Origin: Sumerlaeia bacterium
GTDB lineage: Bacteria > Sumerlaeota > Sumerlaeia > SLMS01 > JAHLLQ01
NCBI GenBank assembly: GCA_040219255.1
Contig: JAVJSW010000060.1
Span: 6,249 to 70,248, forward strand
DNA length: 64,000 nt
Direction: 5' to 3'
The position numbers were made by a program, and so were the translations under genes. The notes under the pieces are model-generated. The model did not search any database and was not told where the DNA came from. It was given only the letters and a program-made list of their open reading frames with translations. This document shows positions 9,476-19,679 of this stretch, one piece after another (positions within the stretch are counted from its first letter, which is position 1; every line of letters begins with the position of its first letter).

Positions 9476-10042
9476 TTAGAAAACGCCCGAGTCTTCGTCG
9501 CTCTCGTAGGTCACGGCCACCGGCGGAGTAGCGAGGAAGAGGTTGGCCGTCAAGAGGCCGATGAGGTCGTACTGGCCCGATTCGAGGTTTTCCCGCGCGG
9601 AGGGCGGAAAGGCGATCTCGACGGTTTCGGAGATCTGCTGACCGGGATCGAGGCGCACGCGGCCAGTGGCCAGGGTGAACAGGCGTTCGTTGCTCCAGCG
9701 GTGGACCTCGACGCCGCGCACCGTCTGGACGATGACGTCGAAGCGCTGGCCGCTGTTGAAGACCAGGTCCGTGGGACCGGTGGAGACGTTGTCGAGAACG
9801 AGATCGATCTTCACGGTGTCCCCCGCATCGACGTCCGTCTGGTGAACGGTCATGCGCAGTTCGAGGCCCTTCTCGGCGCTCTTGAAGCGTGTGGTGCGGG
9901 CGTCGGACAGTTGGCTGCCGACGTTCTTGACCTGGCAGGCGGTCAGGGAGGCCATCAGGGGAAGGGCGGCCGCCAGAAGGGCCGGAATGAGCCATCCGCG
10001 GCGCGGGCGGATGGCGGAAAAATCGGATCGAAGCGTTCTCAT
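9476..10042 (-). CDS. Lipoprotein with a BsuPI-like (intracellular proteinase inhibitor) beta-sandwich domain
   Basis: Lipobox 'LMASLTAC'; 'DTVKIDLVLDNVSTGPTDLVFNSGQRFDVIV' resembles the BsuPI fold; ATG at 10042. Confidence 0.5.
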   Translation of the reverse strand: MRTLRSDFSAIRPRRGWLIPALLAAALPLMASLTACQVKNVGSQLSDARTTRFKSAEKGLELRMTVHQTDVDAGDTVKIDLVLDNVSTGPTDLVFNSGQRFDVIVQTVRGVEVHRWSNERLFTLATGRVRLDPGQQISETVEIAFPPSARENLESGQYDLIGLLTANLFLATPPVAVTYESDEDSGVF

Positions 10043-10310
10043 AGGGAAAGGGTCCTCCGCGTCATGGCCGGCATCGGCAGTCTTCGGATTGCCGGAGCGA
10101 TGGGTGAATTGGAGCCTTTCCGGGGGCCGGGGGACAAATGGAGTTTTGGTTTCCGGTGGCGAAAAATCCCGCCGCGATAAGCCTTGTGGAAACCCAATTC
10201 GGTTCTGTATCAACTGGCAATCCTTTTCAGGCCGGTCTGAGTCGGCTTGAAGGCGCCGGGTTCGTCCTTGGACTTTCCGGCGTCAGACCCGATGCATCGG
10301 AGGCATCCGC

Positions 10311-13300
10311 ATGTCCCTCAAATCCCGGCCCCTGGCGCTTCCCGGCGCCGCGGCCTTTGTCCTGGCTTCGGCTCTGGCACTGCCCGCCTGGGCTTCCAAC
10401 GAAGAAACGGCCGCCATTCCGGACAACCTGAAGGCCGCCATCGGCGCCATCACCTCCTCGGGCGGTTCTGACAAAGGCAACGATTTCGAAAACGCCGTCA
10501 AAGACCTCGAGAAGCGCGAGGGCTTCATCAACCTGTATATCAGCGAGGAGAAGAACCAGCTCCTGGCGGAAATCCCGGGCAACCTGATCGGCAAGGACCT
10601 GCTCCTCAGTTCTTCCATTTCCCGCGGCCCGAACCAAGGGTTCCAGTGGGGCAGCCTCATGATTCGCTTCGAGAAGCTCGAGGACGAACTCATCGTCGTG
10701 GCGCCCGATCCCTTCTACACCGCGAGCGGCACGCTGAAGGACGTGGTGGAACGGACCTATCCAGACCCGGTGGCGACGACTGTGCGGGTCCGGGCGGAGA
10801 AGGGAAAGAACGTCCTCATCGACCTGATGGATCTGTTCGGCAACAAGGCGTCGGCCCTTGCGGGAACGCGCCCCGCCGCCACGATCATGCAGCCGGGCAA
10901 GGCGAAGGCCTTCCCCAACAACGTCGTGGTGGAAATCGTTTTCCGCAATTCCCGCGGCGCCACGGGCATCACCTACAGCCTGGATCAGTTGCCCAACACG
11001 GGCTACAAGCCCCGCCAGGCGGACCAGCGCATCGGCTACTTCCTGACGGCGCAGAAGGATTTCTCGAAGGACGAGGAACAGCCCGACATCTTCGATCGCT
11101 ACATCAATCGCTGGCATCTGGAGAAAGCGGACCCGAGCCTTAAGCTCTCGCCGCCCAAGGAACCGATCGTCTTCTACCTGGAGGACTCAATCCCGGTACG
11201 TTACCGGCGCTGGGTGCGCCAGGGCGTCGAGGACTGGAACAAGGCCTTCGAGAAGATCGGCATCGTGGATGCCATCGTTGTGCGTCAGCAAACCAGCTCC
11301 AACGAATTCAAGGATCTGGATCCGGAAGACGCGCGCTACAACTTCATCCGCTGGATCACCAGCGAGTCGGCCTTCGCCATGGGTCCGAGCCGCGTCGATC
11401 CCCGCACGGGCCAAATCTACGACGCCGACATCATCTTCGACGAGAGCATGGTGCGGTACTATGTGGACAGCCATGAACTGTTCATCGAGAGCGTGCCGAA
11501 CAGCGCCTCGCTCTCGCCGAGGCTCCGGCACTGGTTGGCGTCCAATCCGTCGGCGCACCCGAATTGGTCGATGGTGCGGCCGGATCTGGCTTTGCGGATT
11601 CAGAACGATGCGGAGATGGCGGCGGCGGGCGTAACGCCGGAAGAACTCTTCGCGCGCGAACTGATAGGGAACCTGGATGGTTTCAAGAACCCGCACTACT
11701 GCTCGCTGGGCGAGCACGTCCGGGGCGAATTGGCGTTGGCCCGCATGGCCGCCATGGGCCGCGACTTCATCGTCTTTGAGCAGATGAAGGACGCGGCGAA
11801 GAAGGAAAAGGAAGCGGAAGAGAAAGCCGAAGCAGCCGCCGAGGACGATGCTTCCAGCAAGACCGTCGAAGTCGCGGAAGAGCTGATCGAGGAATTGGAA
11901 GAAGCCGCGGAAGCCGCGGAGGAAGAAGACGGCGAGGAAACCGCGGACGCCGAAGAGAATGGCTCGAACGGCAAGAAGCCGGAGAAGCGCAACCTGGATG
12001 AGTGGCCCGAGGAATTCATCGGCCCGCTGGTGCGCGAAATCATGGCCCACGAAGTGGGTCACACGCTCGGCCTGCGGCACAACTTCAAGGCCAGCACCTG
12101 GAAGAGCTACGAGGAAATCGTCAACACCGACGATCCGACCACGGCGACCATCGCCTCTGTGATGGACTACAATCCCTATGCGCTGAAGCCCGATGGCTCA
12201 CAGCCCGCGATGTGGATCACGCCGACCATCGGGCCCTACGATTACTGGGCCATCGAGTACGGTTACGCGATCCCCGGTTCGAACGATTATCCGCGCAACG
12301 AGGACAAACTCCTCAAGCAAATCACCGACAAGGTCGCTCAACCCGGTCATGACTACGGCACGGATGAGGATACCTGGGGGCCGGACCCGATGACGGTGCG
12401 GTTCGACCTGGGCAGCGATCCGCTGACCTTCGCCGCGGCCCGCGTGGATCTGGCGGATAAGATCCTCAACAACCTGATCGAGGCGGTCCTTCAGGAGGAC
12501 GATCCCTACAGCAAAGCCCGCGACGCCTTCGATGTGCTGTTCTACCAGCGGTTCAGCGCGGCCTACGCGGCGGCGCGGTTTGTGGGCGGGTACCACATCC
12601 GGCGCGACCAGCGCGGAGACACCGACGCCCGCCAGCCCATCGAAGTGGTGGACGCGGAAACGCAGCGCCGCGCCTTCAACATGCTTCTGGAGAAGGTTTT
12701 CGCCAAGGACGCCATCCAGGTGAAGCCGGAACTGCAGGTCTACCTGGCCGCCGACCGCTGGAGTCACCGCGGTTCCTCTGGCTGGTACCAGCCTTTGACC
12801 TACCCGATTCAGGACCGCATCCTGATGACGCAGAACAATATCCTGTTCATGCTGACCAACCCGGAGCGCGTGCAGTGGATCTACGACTCGGAGTTCACCT
12901 CCGAGGCGGAGGACCTGTTCACGCTGCCGGAAATGATGTCGGGCCTGACGGATTCGATCTGGAGCGAAGTGTTGCAGGCCGAAGGCGAGGGATCGCAGGA
13001 GAAGTACACGACGCGCAAGCCCTTCGTGGACAACCTGCGGCGCAACCTCCAGCGCAGCTACCTGGGCCAGCTGATCAAGATCGCCACCGGGGGCGACGAC
13101 AGCATGTATCCTGCGGTGTCGCGGACGCTGTCGCACGGCGAACTGGCGAAAATTGGCGACGCCATCGGCGGCGTGATGGAAAGCCCGCTGGCTTCTCAGC
13201 TGGACCCCTACACGGCGGCGCACCTGCGCGAGTCCAAGGCGCGGGTCGACGCGGCCCTCGACGCCCAGATCACCGTCGGCGGCAACCGGGGCGGCGGCTC

Positions 13301-13394
13301 GATCATCCTGATGCTGGGCCAGGAGGGGAACAGCGATCCCTCCGCCGGCGCGACCTTCACCGGCGACGCCCCCATGCCCCGCATGCGGCGCTAA
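10311..13394 (+). CDS. Secreted zinc metalloprotease of the DUF5117/DUF4953 family (HEXXH), with an internal acidic low-complexity tract
   Basis: Signal peptide; 'MAHEVGHTLGLRHNF' zincin motif; acidic stretch 'EEKAEAAAEDD...EEEDGEETADAEENG' at about 11800-11990. Confidence 0.8.
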   Translation: MSLKSRPLALPGAAAFVLASALALPAWASNEETAAIPDNLKAAIGAITSSGGSDKGNDFENAVKDLEKREGFINLYISEEKNQLLAEIPGNLIGKDLLLSSSISRGPNQGFQWGSLMIRFEKLEDELIVVAPDPFYTASGTLKDVVERTYPDPVATTVRVRAEKGKNVLIDLMDLFGNKASALAGTRPAATIMQPGKAKAFPNNVVVEIVFRNSRGATGITYSLDQLPNTGYKPRQADQRIGYFLTAQKDFSKDEEQPDIFDRYINRWHLEKADPSLKLSPPKEPIVFYLEDSIPVRYRRWVRQGVEDWNKAFEKIGIVDAIVVRQQTSSNEFKDLDPEDARYNFIRWITSESAFAMGPSRVDPRTGQIYDADIIFDESMVRYYVDSHELFIESVPNSASLSPRLRHWLASNPSAHPNWSMVRPDLALRIQNDAEMAAAGVTPEELFARELIGNLDGFKNPHYCSLGEHVRGELALARMAAMGRDFIVFEQMKDAAKKEKEAEEKAEAAAEDDASSKTVEVAEELIEELEEAAEAAEEEDGEETADAEENGSNGKKPEKRNLDEWPEEFIGPLVREIMAHEVGHTLGLRHNFKASTWKSYEEIVNTDDPTTATIASVMDYNPYALKPDGSQPAMWITPTIGPYDYWAIEYGYAIPGSNDYPRNEDKLLKQITDKVAQPGHDYGTDEDTWGPDPMTVRFDLGSDPLTFAAARVDLADKILNNLIEAVLQEDDPYSKARDAFDVLFYQRFSAAYAAARFVGGYHIRRDQRGDTDARQPIEVVDAETQRRAFNMLLEKVFAKDAIQVKPELQVYLAADRWSHRGSSGWYQPLTYPIQDRILMTQNNILFMLTNPERVQWIYDSEFTSEAEDLFTLPEMMSGLTDSIWSEVLQAEGEGSQEKYTTRKPFVDNLRRNLQRSYLGQLIKIATGGDDSMYPAVSRTLSHGELAKIGDAIGGVMESPLASQLDPYTAAHLRESKARVDAALDAQITVGGNRGGGSIILMLGQEGNSDPSAGATFTGDAPMPRMRR

Positions 13395-13421
13395 GCCCTC
13401 CACCGTCTCCGACAGGACAGT

Positions 13422-13473
13422 CCCCGCCGGCCCCCGCCACTCCGAACCGAGTGGTGGGGGCCGGTTCTTTTTA
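13422..13473 (+). terminator. Rho-independent terminator after the metalloprotease gene
   Basis: Hairpin ccccgccggcccccgccactc...gagtggtgggggccgg followed by ttctttttatt. Confidence 0.6.
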
Positions 13474-14760
13474 TTCCGCCCCCTCCCGGCCACGCATCAT
13501 CCGGATTTTCAGGGGCGAGAGCGTGTCCAGGTGCACGTCGCGTTGCGGGAATGCGATGGTGATGTTGGCTTCCTTGAACAGTTCGTCGATGCGGAATCGG
13601 ATATCGCTCTGGATTTGGCGCTGCTCCATGAAGGATTTCACCCGGGCCCAGAAGAAGCAGGTGAAGCCCAGGGCATTGTCGCCAAAGTCCTCGAACAGAA
13701 CGATCGGCGTGGGAGTTTTGTCGACGCGCGGGTGTTCGTCGATGGCCTGGCGCAAGAGGCGTTCGGCGTCGCGGGTGGGGGAACCGTAGGCGATGCCGAC
13801 CTTGACTTCCGTGCGGACTTGATCGTCGCGGCCGTAGGTCCAGTTGATGAGCTTGTTCTCCACCAACTGCCGGTTCGGCACCAGCATGTCCACATTACCC
13901 GGCAGGCGGATGCGGGTGCGGCGGGCGCCGATTTCTTCGACGCGGCCTTGCTCGCCATCGAACTCGATCAGGTCGTTGGGGCGGATCGGTTTCTCGAACA
14001 GCAGGATCAACCCGCCGATGAAGTTGGCGAGGATTTCCTGGGCGCCGAAGCCCACCGCCAAGGCGACCGCGCCACCGAGGAAGGCGAAAATAGAAAGCGG
14101 AATGCCTGAAAAATCGAGCGCGAAGAACGCGATGATCACCACCAACAGAACCCGCACGAGGCGTTCGAGATAGTCGGACGACGCCCTGTTGAGGCGGAAC
14201 TTCTTGAAAACGCGCTTGCGGGCCCACGCCGACGTCAGCCTGGCCAGCAGCAATCCGATGACGAAAATCAGCAGGGCGATCAGCAGCTTGAACAGCGTGA
14301 TTTTCGAACCGTTCACCACCAGCCCGATGTCGAAGAAAATGTACGCCAGCCAACCGAGGCCGAAGCGTTCGGCGAATTCCTTGACCTCCATCTCGGTTTT
14401 CAAGACCGAGCCTTCCAGAGCCTCGAGGACCGCCGGCCTGGTCGTTCCCAAATCCACCACAAGGGCCGAAGGTGGCAGGGTGGCGGCCGGCGATGCCGTG
14501 GGCGTGGGCGACGGCGGGGCTGTGGCTGTTGGGGTCGTGGGAGCGCTGTCGGTGGCGGCGGGGGCGCCGGCTGGGGCGGCGACGGTCGGGTCCGGCTCAG
14601 CCCGGGGCGCGGGGCTGTCCGGTGGAGGCGCCGCGGCCGTCTCGCTCGATCCGCTGGAGCGGACGGTCTGTCCGGCTTCGTAGAGGGCGCTGTCGGCGAA
14701 GGCCGCGGCGGTCAGCAGGAGGTAAAGGGTGGCGGGAAAAACAAAACGTAGGAGGGGCAT
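13471..14760 (-). CDS. Mechanosensitive ion channel, MscS family, with signal peptide and Pro/Thr-rich N-terminal region
   Basis: MscS core 'GAQEILANFIGGLILLFEKPIRPNDLIEFDGEQGRVEEIGARRTRIR'; ATG at 14760. Confidence 0.8.
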   Translation of the reverse strand: MPLLRFVFPATLYLLLTAAAFADSALYEAGQTVRSSGSSETAAAPPPDSPAPRAEPDPTVAAPAGAPAATDSAPTTPTATAPPSPTPTASPAATLPPSALVVDLGTTRPAVLEALEGSVLKTEMEVKEFAERFGLGWLAYIFFDIGLVVNGSKITLFKLLIALLIFVIGLLLARLTSAWARKRVFKKFRLNRASSDYLERLVRVLLVVIIAFFALDFSGIPLSIFAFLGGAVALAVGFGAQEILANFIGGLILLFEKPIRPNDLIEFDGEQGRVEEIGARRTRIRLPGNVDMLVPNRQLVENKLINWTYGRDDQVRTEVKVGIAYGSPTRDAERLLRQAIDEHPRVDKTPTPIVLFEDFGDNALGFTCFFWARVKSFMEQRQIQSDIRFRIDELFKEANITIAFPQRDVHLDTLSPLKIRMMRGREGAE

Positions 14761-14915
14761 CTTCCGTCCAGACAATCGAAGTCCCTCGAGTTACAGCAAA
14801 ACCCATTCTTGGCGAAGGCGAGGCTTGACGGGACGGGCCGCCTGACGCTTGCTGCTACGCGCTTCGCGGGCGTGAATCCTTACCCAAAAAAACACCGCCG
14901 CCCGCCAGATCGATC

Positions 14916-17444
14916 ATGGATTTCTCCACGCGCGACGCCCTCGGGCTCGACGCCGTTCTCGAACAACTCGCCGATCACGCCGCCTCCACCCTCGGGAGCG
15001 ACTGGGTGCTCGCGCGCGAACCCGCTTCGGATTCGGACGCCGCGCGGGAGCAACTCGCCCTGACGGCCGAGGTCCTCGATCTTATCGATCGGGGCCAGAA
15101 ACCGCCGCTGGGCGGCCTGAGCGACGTCGGCGAGAGCCTGGCCATCGCGGCCCAGGCGCACTCCTCCCTGCCGCCGGAGCGCTGGATGCCTCTCGCCCGG
15201 CACTTGCAGGCGGTCGAGGCGCTCTCGCAATTCGGCGCCAACCGGGCCGAATCGGCGCCGCTGTTTTCCAAGATTTGCGAGCGCCTGAGTACCGAACCAG
15301 ATCTCTCGAGCGCCATCGAACGCACCTTCGATCACGACGGCCGCATCCGCGATAACGCCTCGCCGGGGCTCAGCCGGGCACGCTCGGACCTGCGCCGCGC
15401 GGAAAGCCGCGTCTTCTCGGAAATCAACGGCGCCCTCGGCCGCCTGCGCGGCGACAGCATTCTACAGGACGATTACTCGACGGTGCGCAACGGCCGCCAC
15501 GTGGTTCCTGTGAAGGCCAATTTTCGTGGCCGCGTCAACGGCATCGTCCACGGCTCCTCGTCCAGCGGCGAAACGCTTTTCATCGAGCCGGCCAACGTGG
15601 TCGAGGCCGCCAACGACGTGGAAATCGCCCGCGAGCGCGAAGCCGAGGAAGTCCGCAAAATCCTGGAAGCGCTCACCGCCCAACTCCGGCCCTTCGCCCC
15701 CGTGGCCAAAGCCGATTTGCCGGCGCTGGCTCTCATCGATGGCACGACAGCCCTGGCCCGCGCGGCGGCCGAGCACGGTTGGCGCATCCCGACCCTGACC
15801 GCCGACGGCAGACCGCTGGCGCTGCTCTCGGCCCATCACCCTCTGCTCCACCTGAGCCAGCGAGATAAGAGCGTCCCCATCACGGTGGAACTCTCGCCCG
15901 ACGACTATTGCGTCATCCTGAGCGGCCCCAACGCCGGCGGCAAGACGACGGCCATGCGGACCCTGGCGTTGAGCGCGGCGCTGGCCCAGTGTGGTTCGGC
16001 GATCCCCGCGGCGATGGAATCGGAACTGCCGGTCTTCCGCGGTTTCTACGCCGACATCGGCGATCAGCAAGACCTCGGCGAAGGCGTCTCCACCTTCAGC
16101 GGCCACATCCGCCGCATGCGCGAAATCCTGGAGGAAGCGGACGATCAATCGCTGGTACTGCTCGATGAACTCGGCACCGGTACGGACCCGACGGAAGGCG
16201 GCGCGCTGGCGCAGGCGATCCTGGAAGAATTGATGGCCCGCGCCCGCCTGACCATCGCCACGAGCCATCTGCAGCCCATCAAGCAGTGGGCCGCCGACAC
16301 GCCTGGCGCCCGCAACGCCAGCTTCACCCTGGACCCGCAGACGCACCGGCCCACGTTCCGCCTGCGGCTCGACCTGCCGGGGGCCAGCGAGGCGTTCTTC
16401 ATCGCCGAGAACGAAGGCTTGGACGCGGTGCTGCTCAAGCGGGCGCGGTCCCTGGTCGGCGAGCAGCAGGTCCGCATGAGCGAGTTGATCGCCCAGGTTC
16501 AGCAAATGGAGCAGGACTTGGCCCGCGAGCGCCGCGACGCGGCCGAACGCGCCGAACGGCTCCGCACGCAGCTCGAAATGGCCGAACAGCGCGCCAACGA
16601 TCTGATCGAAGAGCGCAAGCGCGTGCGGCGCATGGCGCTGCAAGAGCGCGACTCCGCCGCCCGCGAAGTGCGCGAGCAGTTCGAGCGCTTGATCGCCGAG
16701 CTGCCCAGCGAGGAAGCCCTCGAGCAGCGCAAGAAGCTGCTCTCGGAAGGCCGCCGCACCATCGCCGGCGAGCAGGAGCGCGTCCGCGGCGAGCTGCGCG
16801 CCATCGAGCAAGGCGAAGGCGACCCGGTGGAGGAGCTGGCGGAGGGCCAGAAAGTCTTCGTGCGGGCCTTTGGGCGCTGGGGCGTTGTCGTCGATGTGGC
16901 GCACGACGGCAGCAAGGCCCGGGTCGACGTCGGCGGCATCAGCGCCTTCGTCCCCGCCGAGGGATTGCTCGACGCCGAGCCGAAGAAAGTCCTGCCCTTC
17001 GAGCCGGACCCGGAACCGCAGGCCGCCGCCGCCCTGAGCAAAACAAAGAAGAAGCCGAAAAAGAGCAAGAAGCTCAAAGCCGCCCTGGAAAACGCGGAAA
17101 CGCTGCCCGATCCCGAGCCGGTGCGCCGCCCCGTTTCCACCCTCTCGCAGCGCTTTCCCACGAAAGCCACCCAGCGAAAGAAAACCGGTTTCCGCCGCGA
17201 ACCGGTTCCCATGTACCTGGATCTGCACGGCTTCCGCGCCATCGAAGCCATCGAAGCGATCGACCGCTACCTCGACCGCGCGCTGCTTTGCGACTACCCC
17301 TACGTCCGCATCATCCACGGCGTCGGCGAAGGCCTCCTCTACAAGACCGTCCGCGAATTCCTCAACGGCTACCCCTCGGTCAAGAGCTGGCGCCCGGGAA
17401 CGCCGGAAGAAGGCGGGGGCGGGGTGACGGTGGTGGAGTTTTAG
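14916..17444 (+). CDS. mutS2: Endonuclease MutS2 (MutS domain III/V ATPase plus C-terminal Smr domain)
   Basis: Walker A 'GPNAGGKTTAMRTLAL', 'LLDELGTGTDPTEG', and C-terminal Smr 'LDLHGFRAIEAIEAIDRYLD'; ATG at 14916. Confidence 0.85.
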   Translation: MDFSTRDALGLDAVLEQLADHAASTLGSDWVLAREPASDSDAAREQLALTAEVLDLIDRGQKPPLGGLSDVGESLAIAAQAHSSLPPERWMPLARHLQAVEALSQFGANRAESAPLFSKICERLSTEPDLSSAIERTFDHDGRIRDNASPGLSRARSDLRRAESRVFSEINGALGRLRGDSILQDDYSTVRNGRHVVPVKANFRGRVNGIVHGSSSSGETLFIEPANVVEAANDVEIAREREAEEVRKILEALTAQLRPFAPVAKADLPALALIDGTTALARAAAEHGWRIPTLTADGRPLALLSAHHPLLHLSQRDKSVPITVELSPDDYCVILSGPNAGGKTTAMRTLALSAALAQCGSAIPAAMESELPVFRGFYADIGDQQDLGEGVSTFSGHIRRMREILEEADDQSLVLLDELGTGTDPTEGGALAQAILEELMARARLTIATSHLQPIKQWAADTPGARNASFTLDPQTHRPTFRLRLDLPGASEAFFIAENEGLDAVLLKRARSLVGEQQVRMSELIAQVQQMEQDLARERRDAAERAERLRTQLEMAEQRANDLIEERKRVRRMALQERDSAAREVREQFERLIAELPSEEALEQRKKLLSEGRRTIAGEQERVRGELRAIEQGEGDPVEELAEGQKVFVRAFGRWGVVVDVAHDGSKARVDVGGISAFVPAEGLLDAEPKKVLPFEPDPEPQAAAALSKTKKKPKKSKKLKAALENAETLPDPEPVRRPVSTLSQRFPTKATQRKKTGFRREPVPMYLDLHGFRAIEAIEAIDRYLDRALLCDYPYVRIIHGVGEGLLYKTVREFLNGYPSVKSWRPGTPEEGGGGVTVVEF

Positions 17445-17590
17445 GCAGATGGTTGAGTGTGGCTTTTTGGTCACAAAATCTAGCGATTTTTGGCGTCATA
17501 ATGCGTTGTTTTCCATTGTCTCGCAAATCGATGTTAAATTTACTCCGTCCAGCGTTTTCAATGCCCTAACCTTTTCACCCGGAGTTCATC

Positions 17591-18079
17591 ATGAAGTTCC
17601 AGAACATTCTCTTGGCCATGGGTTTCCTGGCAGCTACTTCCATCCCTAATATGACCACCGCTGAGTGCGATACCTGCGGCGGCAAGTGCGAAAAGTCTGT
17701 GTCGGCCAGAGATTACAAGGCTTGCACCAATTGGCTGGGAGGTGGTGGTCAGGTCTACATGACCCGTCACGCGAGCTATCGGTGCGACCGAAACAAGCAG
17801 ATTGAGGGCGGATGCAGCGGCACCACCCCAAGTGGTCCAGCCTATACGATTTTTGGCTACGCCCACAATATCAACGAAAACGAATGCGTCGTGCGCTTCG
17901 AACTGAACGGCACGGTCTCGACGATCATTTCCGATTCAGCCTCGCCCTCATTGCCCGAAGGTTCCGTGGTTCTTTCGGTGACCTGCTATGACCGTGATCA
18001 ATGCATCGTGATCAGTTATGAAGAGCCAACTGAAAGCGGCACTGCGAACGAATGCGCCTACCCGTCCTGCAGCGCCTAG
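17591..18079 (+). CDS. Small secreted cysteine-rich protein (12 Cys), unknown function; low-GC gene
   Basis: Signal peptide 'MKFQNILLAMGFLAATS'; GGAG RBS at 17581; about 54% GC versus about 66% in flanking DNA. Confidence 0.55.
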   Translation: MKFQNILLAMGFLAATSIPNMTTAECDTCGGKCEKSVSARDYKACTNWLGGGGQVYMTRHASYRCDRNKQIEGGCSGTTPSGPAYTIFGYAHNINENECVVRFELNGTVSTIISDSASPSLPEGSVVLSVTCYDRDQCIVISYEEPTESGTANECAYPSCSA

Positions 18080-18174
18080 CCGCCTGCAAGCTTCGGCAAA
18101 TAAACAATGCTTCCATCTCAAACCCCTTGGCTCTCCTATGCCAAGGGGATCTTATCATCTTTAAGGACCGCTTC

Positions 18175-19533
18175 ATGTCATTCAGATACTGGGTCGTCTT
18201 ATTCATCTTTTTATGTCCCCTGATCGCATTTTGTCAAGAGCCTGACATTCGTGATTTTCCCCCTTTGGAAGCCGCAATCGCATGGCCAATCATCGAGCAG
18301 GGGACGTTCGAAGGCGTCGTGGAATCTTCCGGACCTCCTCCGATGACGTCACGCGAGGTGGAAGCAAGTCTAATGGATGTCGAAACCGACTTTCTTGCGA
18401 CTTTAGCGGAGAGTGGTGAGGAGCTGTCGGCGGATTACCGGGAGATACTGGACGAATTCCTTGAGGAGCAAAGAGGTATATTGGAAAAGCTGCTTCTGCC
18501 TACGAATTCAAAAAAGAATTTTACGGTGTCGCTTTCCGGTCACCAGATGCGGCTTGAGTCGAGGATTTACGAGGATGATAGTTCCGTTTCCGAAGAGACG
18601 ATGACGGTGATTGGTCCAGAGGGGAAAAAGATCCTCACATCGAATATCCGATATTCCCGCCCAAGTGCCTACATATTTTTGGACGATGCCAAGAACGCTC
18701 CGGAAGACGCTATTTACGGCAACATCCTGGGTACGATCGGGACGGAGTTAGCCAAGGCGTCCACCCTGAATTTGTCGAGCAAGGATCTGGAAGGCGACAA
18801 GGTCTATTGGTTCGAGGCCACGGACATCAAGACAGACTTTTTCGACATTTACAGGGATGGCGCGGTTTCCTTCACGCGTATTGGCGTACGCTCTCAACAC
18901 GGCAACCGCCTCTCCGTCTATTTCAGCCAAGTTGGCGAAACCTTTCGACTCATCAATCGATATGACGACTTCCGAGAGGTTCCTGGATGGGGGTGGTATC
19001 CGCATGAAATCACGCTCATAACTCAGAATGGCGTCTTTGACAAGGAGGTTCTCCAGCGTATCCGCTCCGGGGCTCTGGCCCCCAACACCGACGAAGCGAT
19101 CGCCGCCTTCGCCCCTCAAGTAGAGAATGTGAAGACGATTACTTTGAGCAAAGTGGACATCGAAACACCGGTGGAAAAAGACGTTTTCGATTTCGAAATT
19201 CCAGTCGGCACCGTAGTCAAAGTCTACACCGGAGATGAGTCCAGCACCTACGTTCAGGGGGACTTTTCCGCGAGAGATGTTGTTACCGGCAGAAAGGTTG
19301 ACATGGCGGCGGGTCTGGAATTGGCCGAGGGAACTTCCCAGACTAAGGAGGAGATTGCCGAAACGCCTACACGTGAAATTGTTTCCGATACGCCCGCCAA
19401 GGTGGAACAGAAGGTAGAACCGCATGTCGTCGAACCAGCGAAGTCCAAGCGAAATGGAATGATCTTCGGCCTTCTTGCCGTTTCCTTCGTTATTGGCTTG
19501 GGACTTGTATTCAAGGTCTTTCGTAAGAAGTAA
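18175..19533 (+). CDS. Secreted protein with a C-terminal TM anchor, unknown function (possible LolA/RseB-like fold); low-GC gene
   Basis: ATG at 18175 with N-terminal signal peptide 'MSFRYWVVLFIFLCPLIAFC'; C-terminal 'GMIFGLLAVSFVIGLGLVFKVFRKK'; about 48% GC. Confidence 0.55.
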   Translation: MSFRYWVVLFIFLCPLIAFCQEPDIRDFPPLEAAIAWPIIEQGTFEGVVESSGPPPMTSREVEASLMDVETDFLATLAESGEELSADYREILDEFLEEQRGILEKLLLPTNSKKNFTVSLSGHQMRLESRIYEDDSSVSEETMTVIGPEGKKILTSNIRYSRPSAYIFLDDAKNAPEDAIYGNILGTIGTELAKASTLNLSSKDLEGDKVYWFEATDIKTDFFDIYRDGAVSFTRIGVRSQHGNRLSVYFSQVGETFRLINRYDDFREVPGWGWYPHEITLITQNGVFDKEVLQRIRSGALAPNTDEAIAAFAPQVENVKTITLSKVDIETPVEKDVFDFEIPVGTVVKVYTGDESSTYVQGDFSARDVVTGRKVDMAAGLELAEGTSQTKEEIAETPTREIVSDTPAKVEQKVEPHVVEPAKSKRNGMIFGLLAVSFVIGLGLVFKVFRKK

Positions 19534-19679
19534 TTTCCCTATCTCCACAGCGAATCTCAGTCTCCACAACGATCCAAATCTGCGCGGCCTTTCCCACGGC
19601 CCCCACCTCCCACTGCCTTTTGCAACGCATCGAAAACGTTGACACCGAAATGTGGTGCAATTAGGAATGCGTTTGGATT

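Noticed and set aside
9390-9995. Upstream extension of the ispH ORF (624 aa version)
   Set aside because: The extra 202 residues are Arg/Pro/Gly-rich with no homology; ATG at 9389 gives a canonical IspH N-terminus.
15462-17474. 670-aa ORF antisense to mutS2
   Set aside because: MutS2 motifs (Walker A, Smr) are unambiguous on the plus strand; the antisense product is junk-like.
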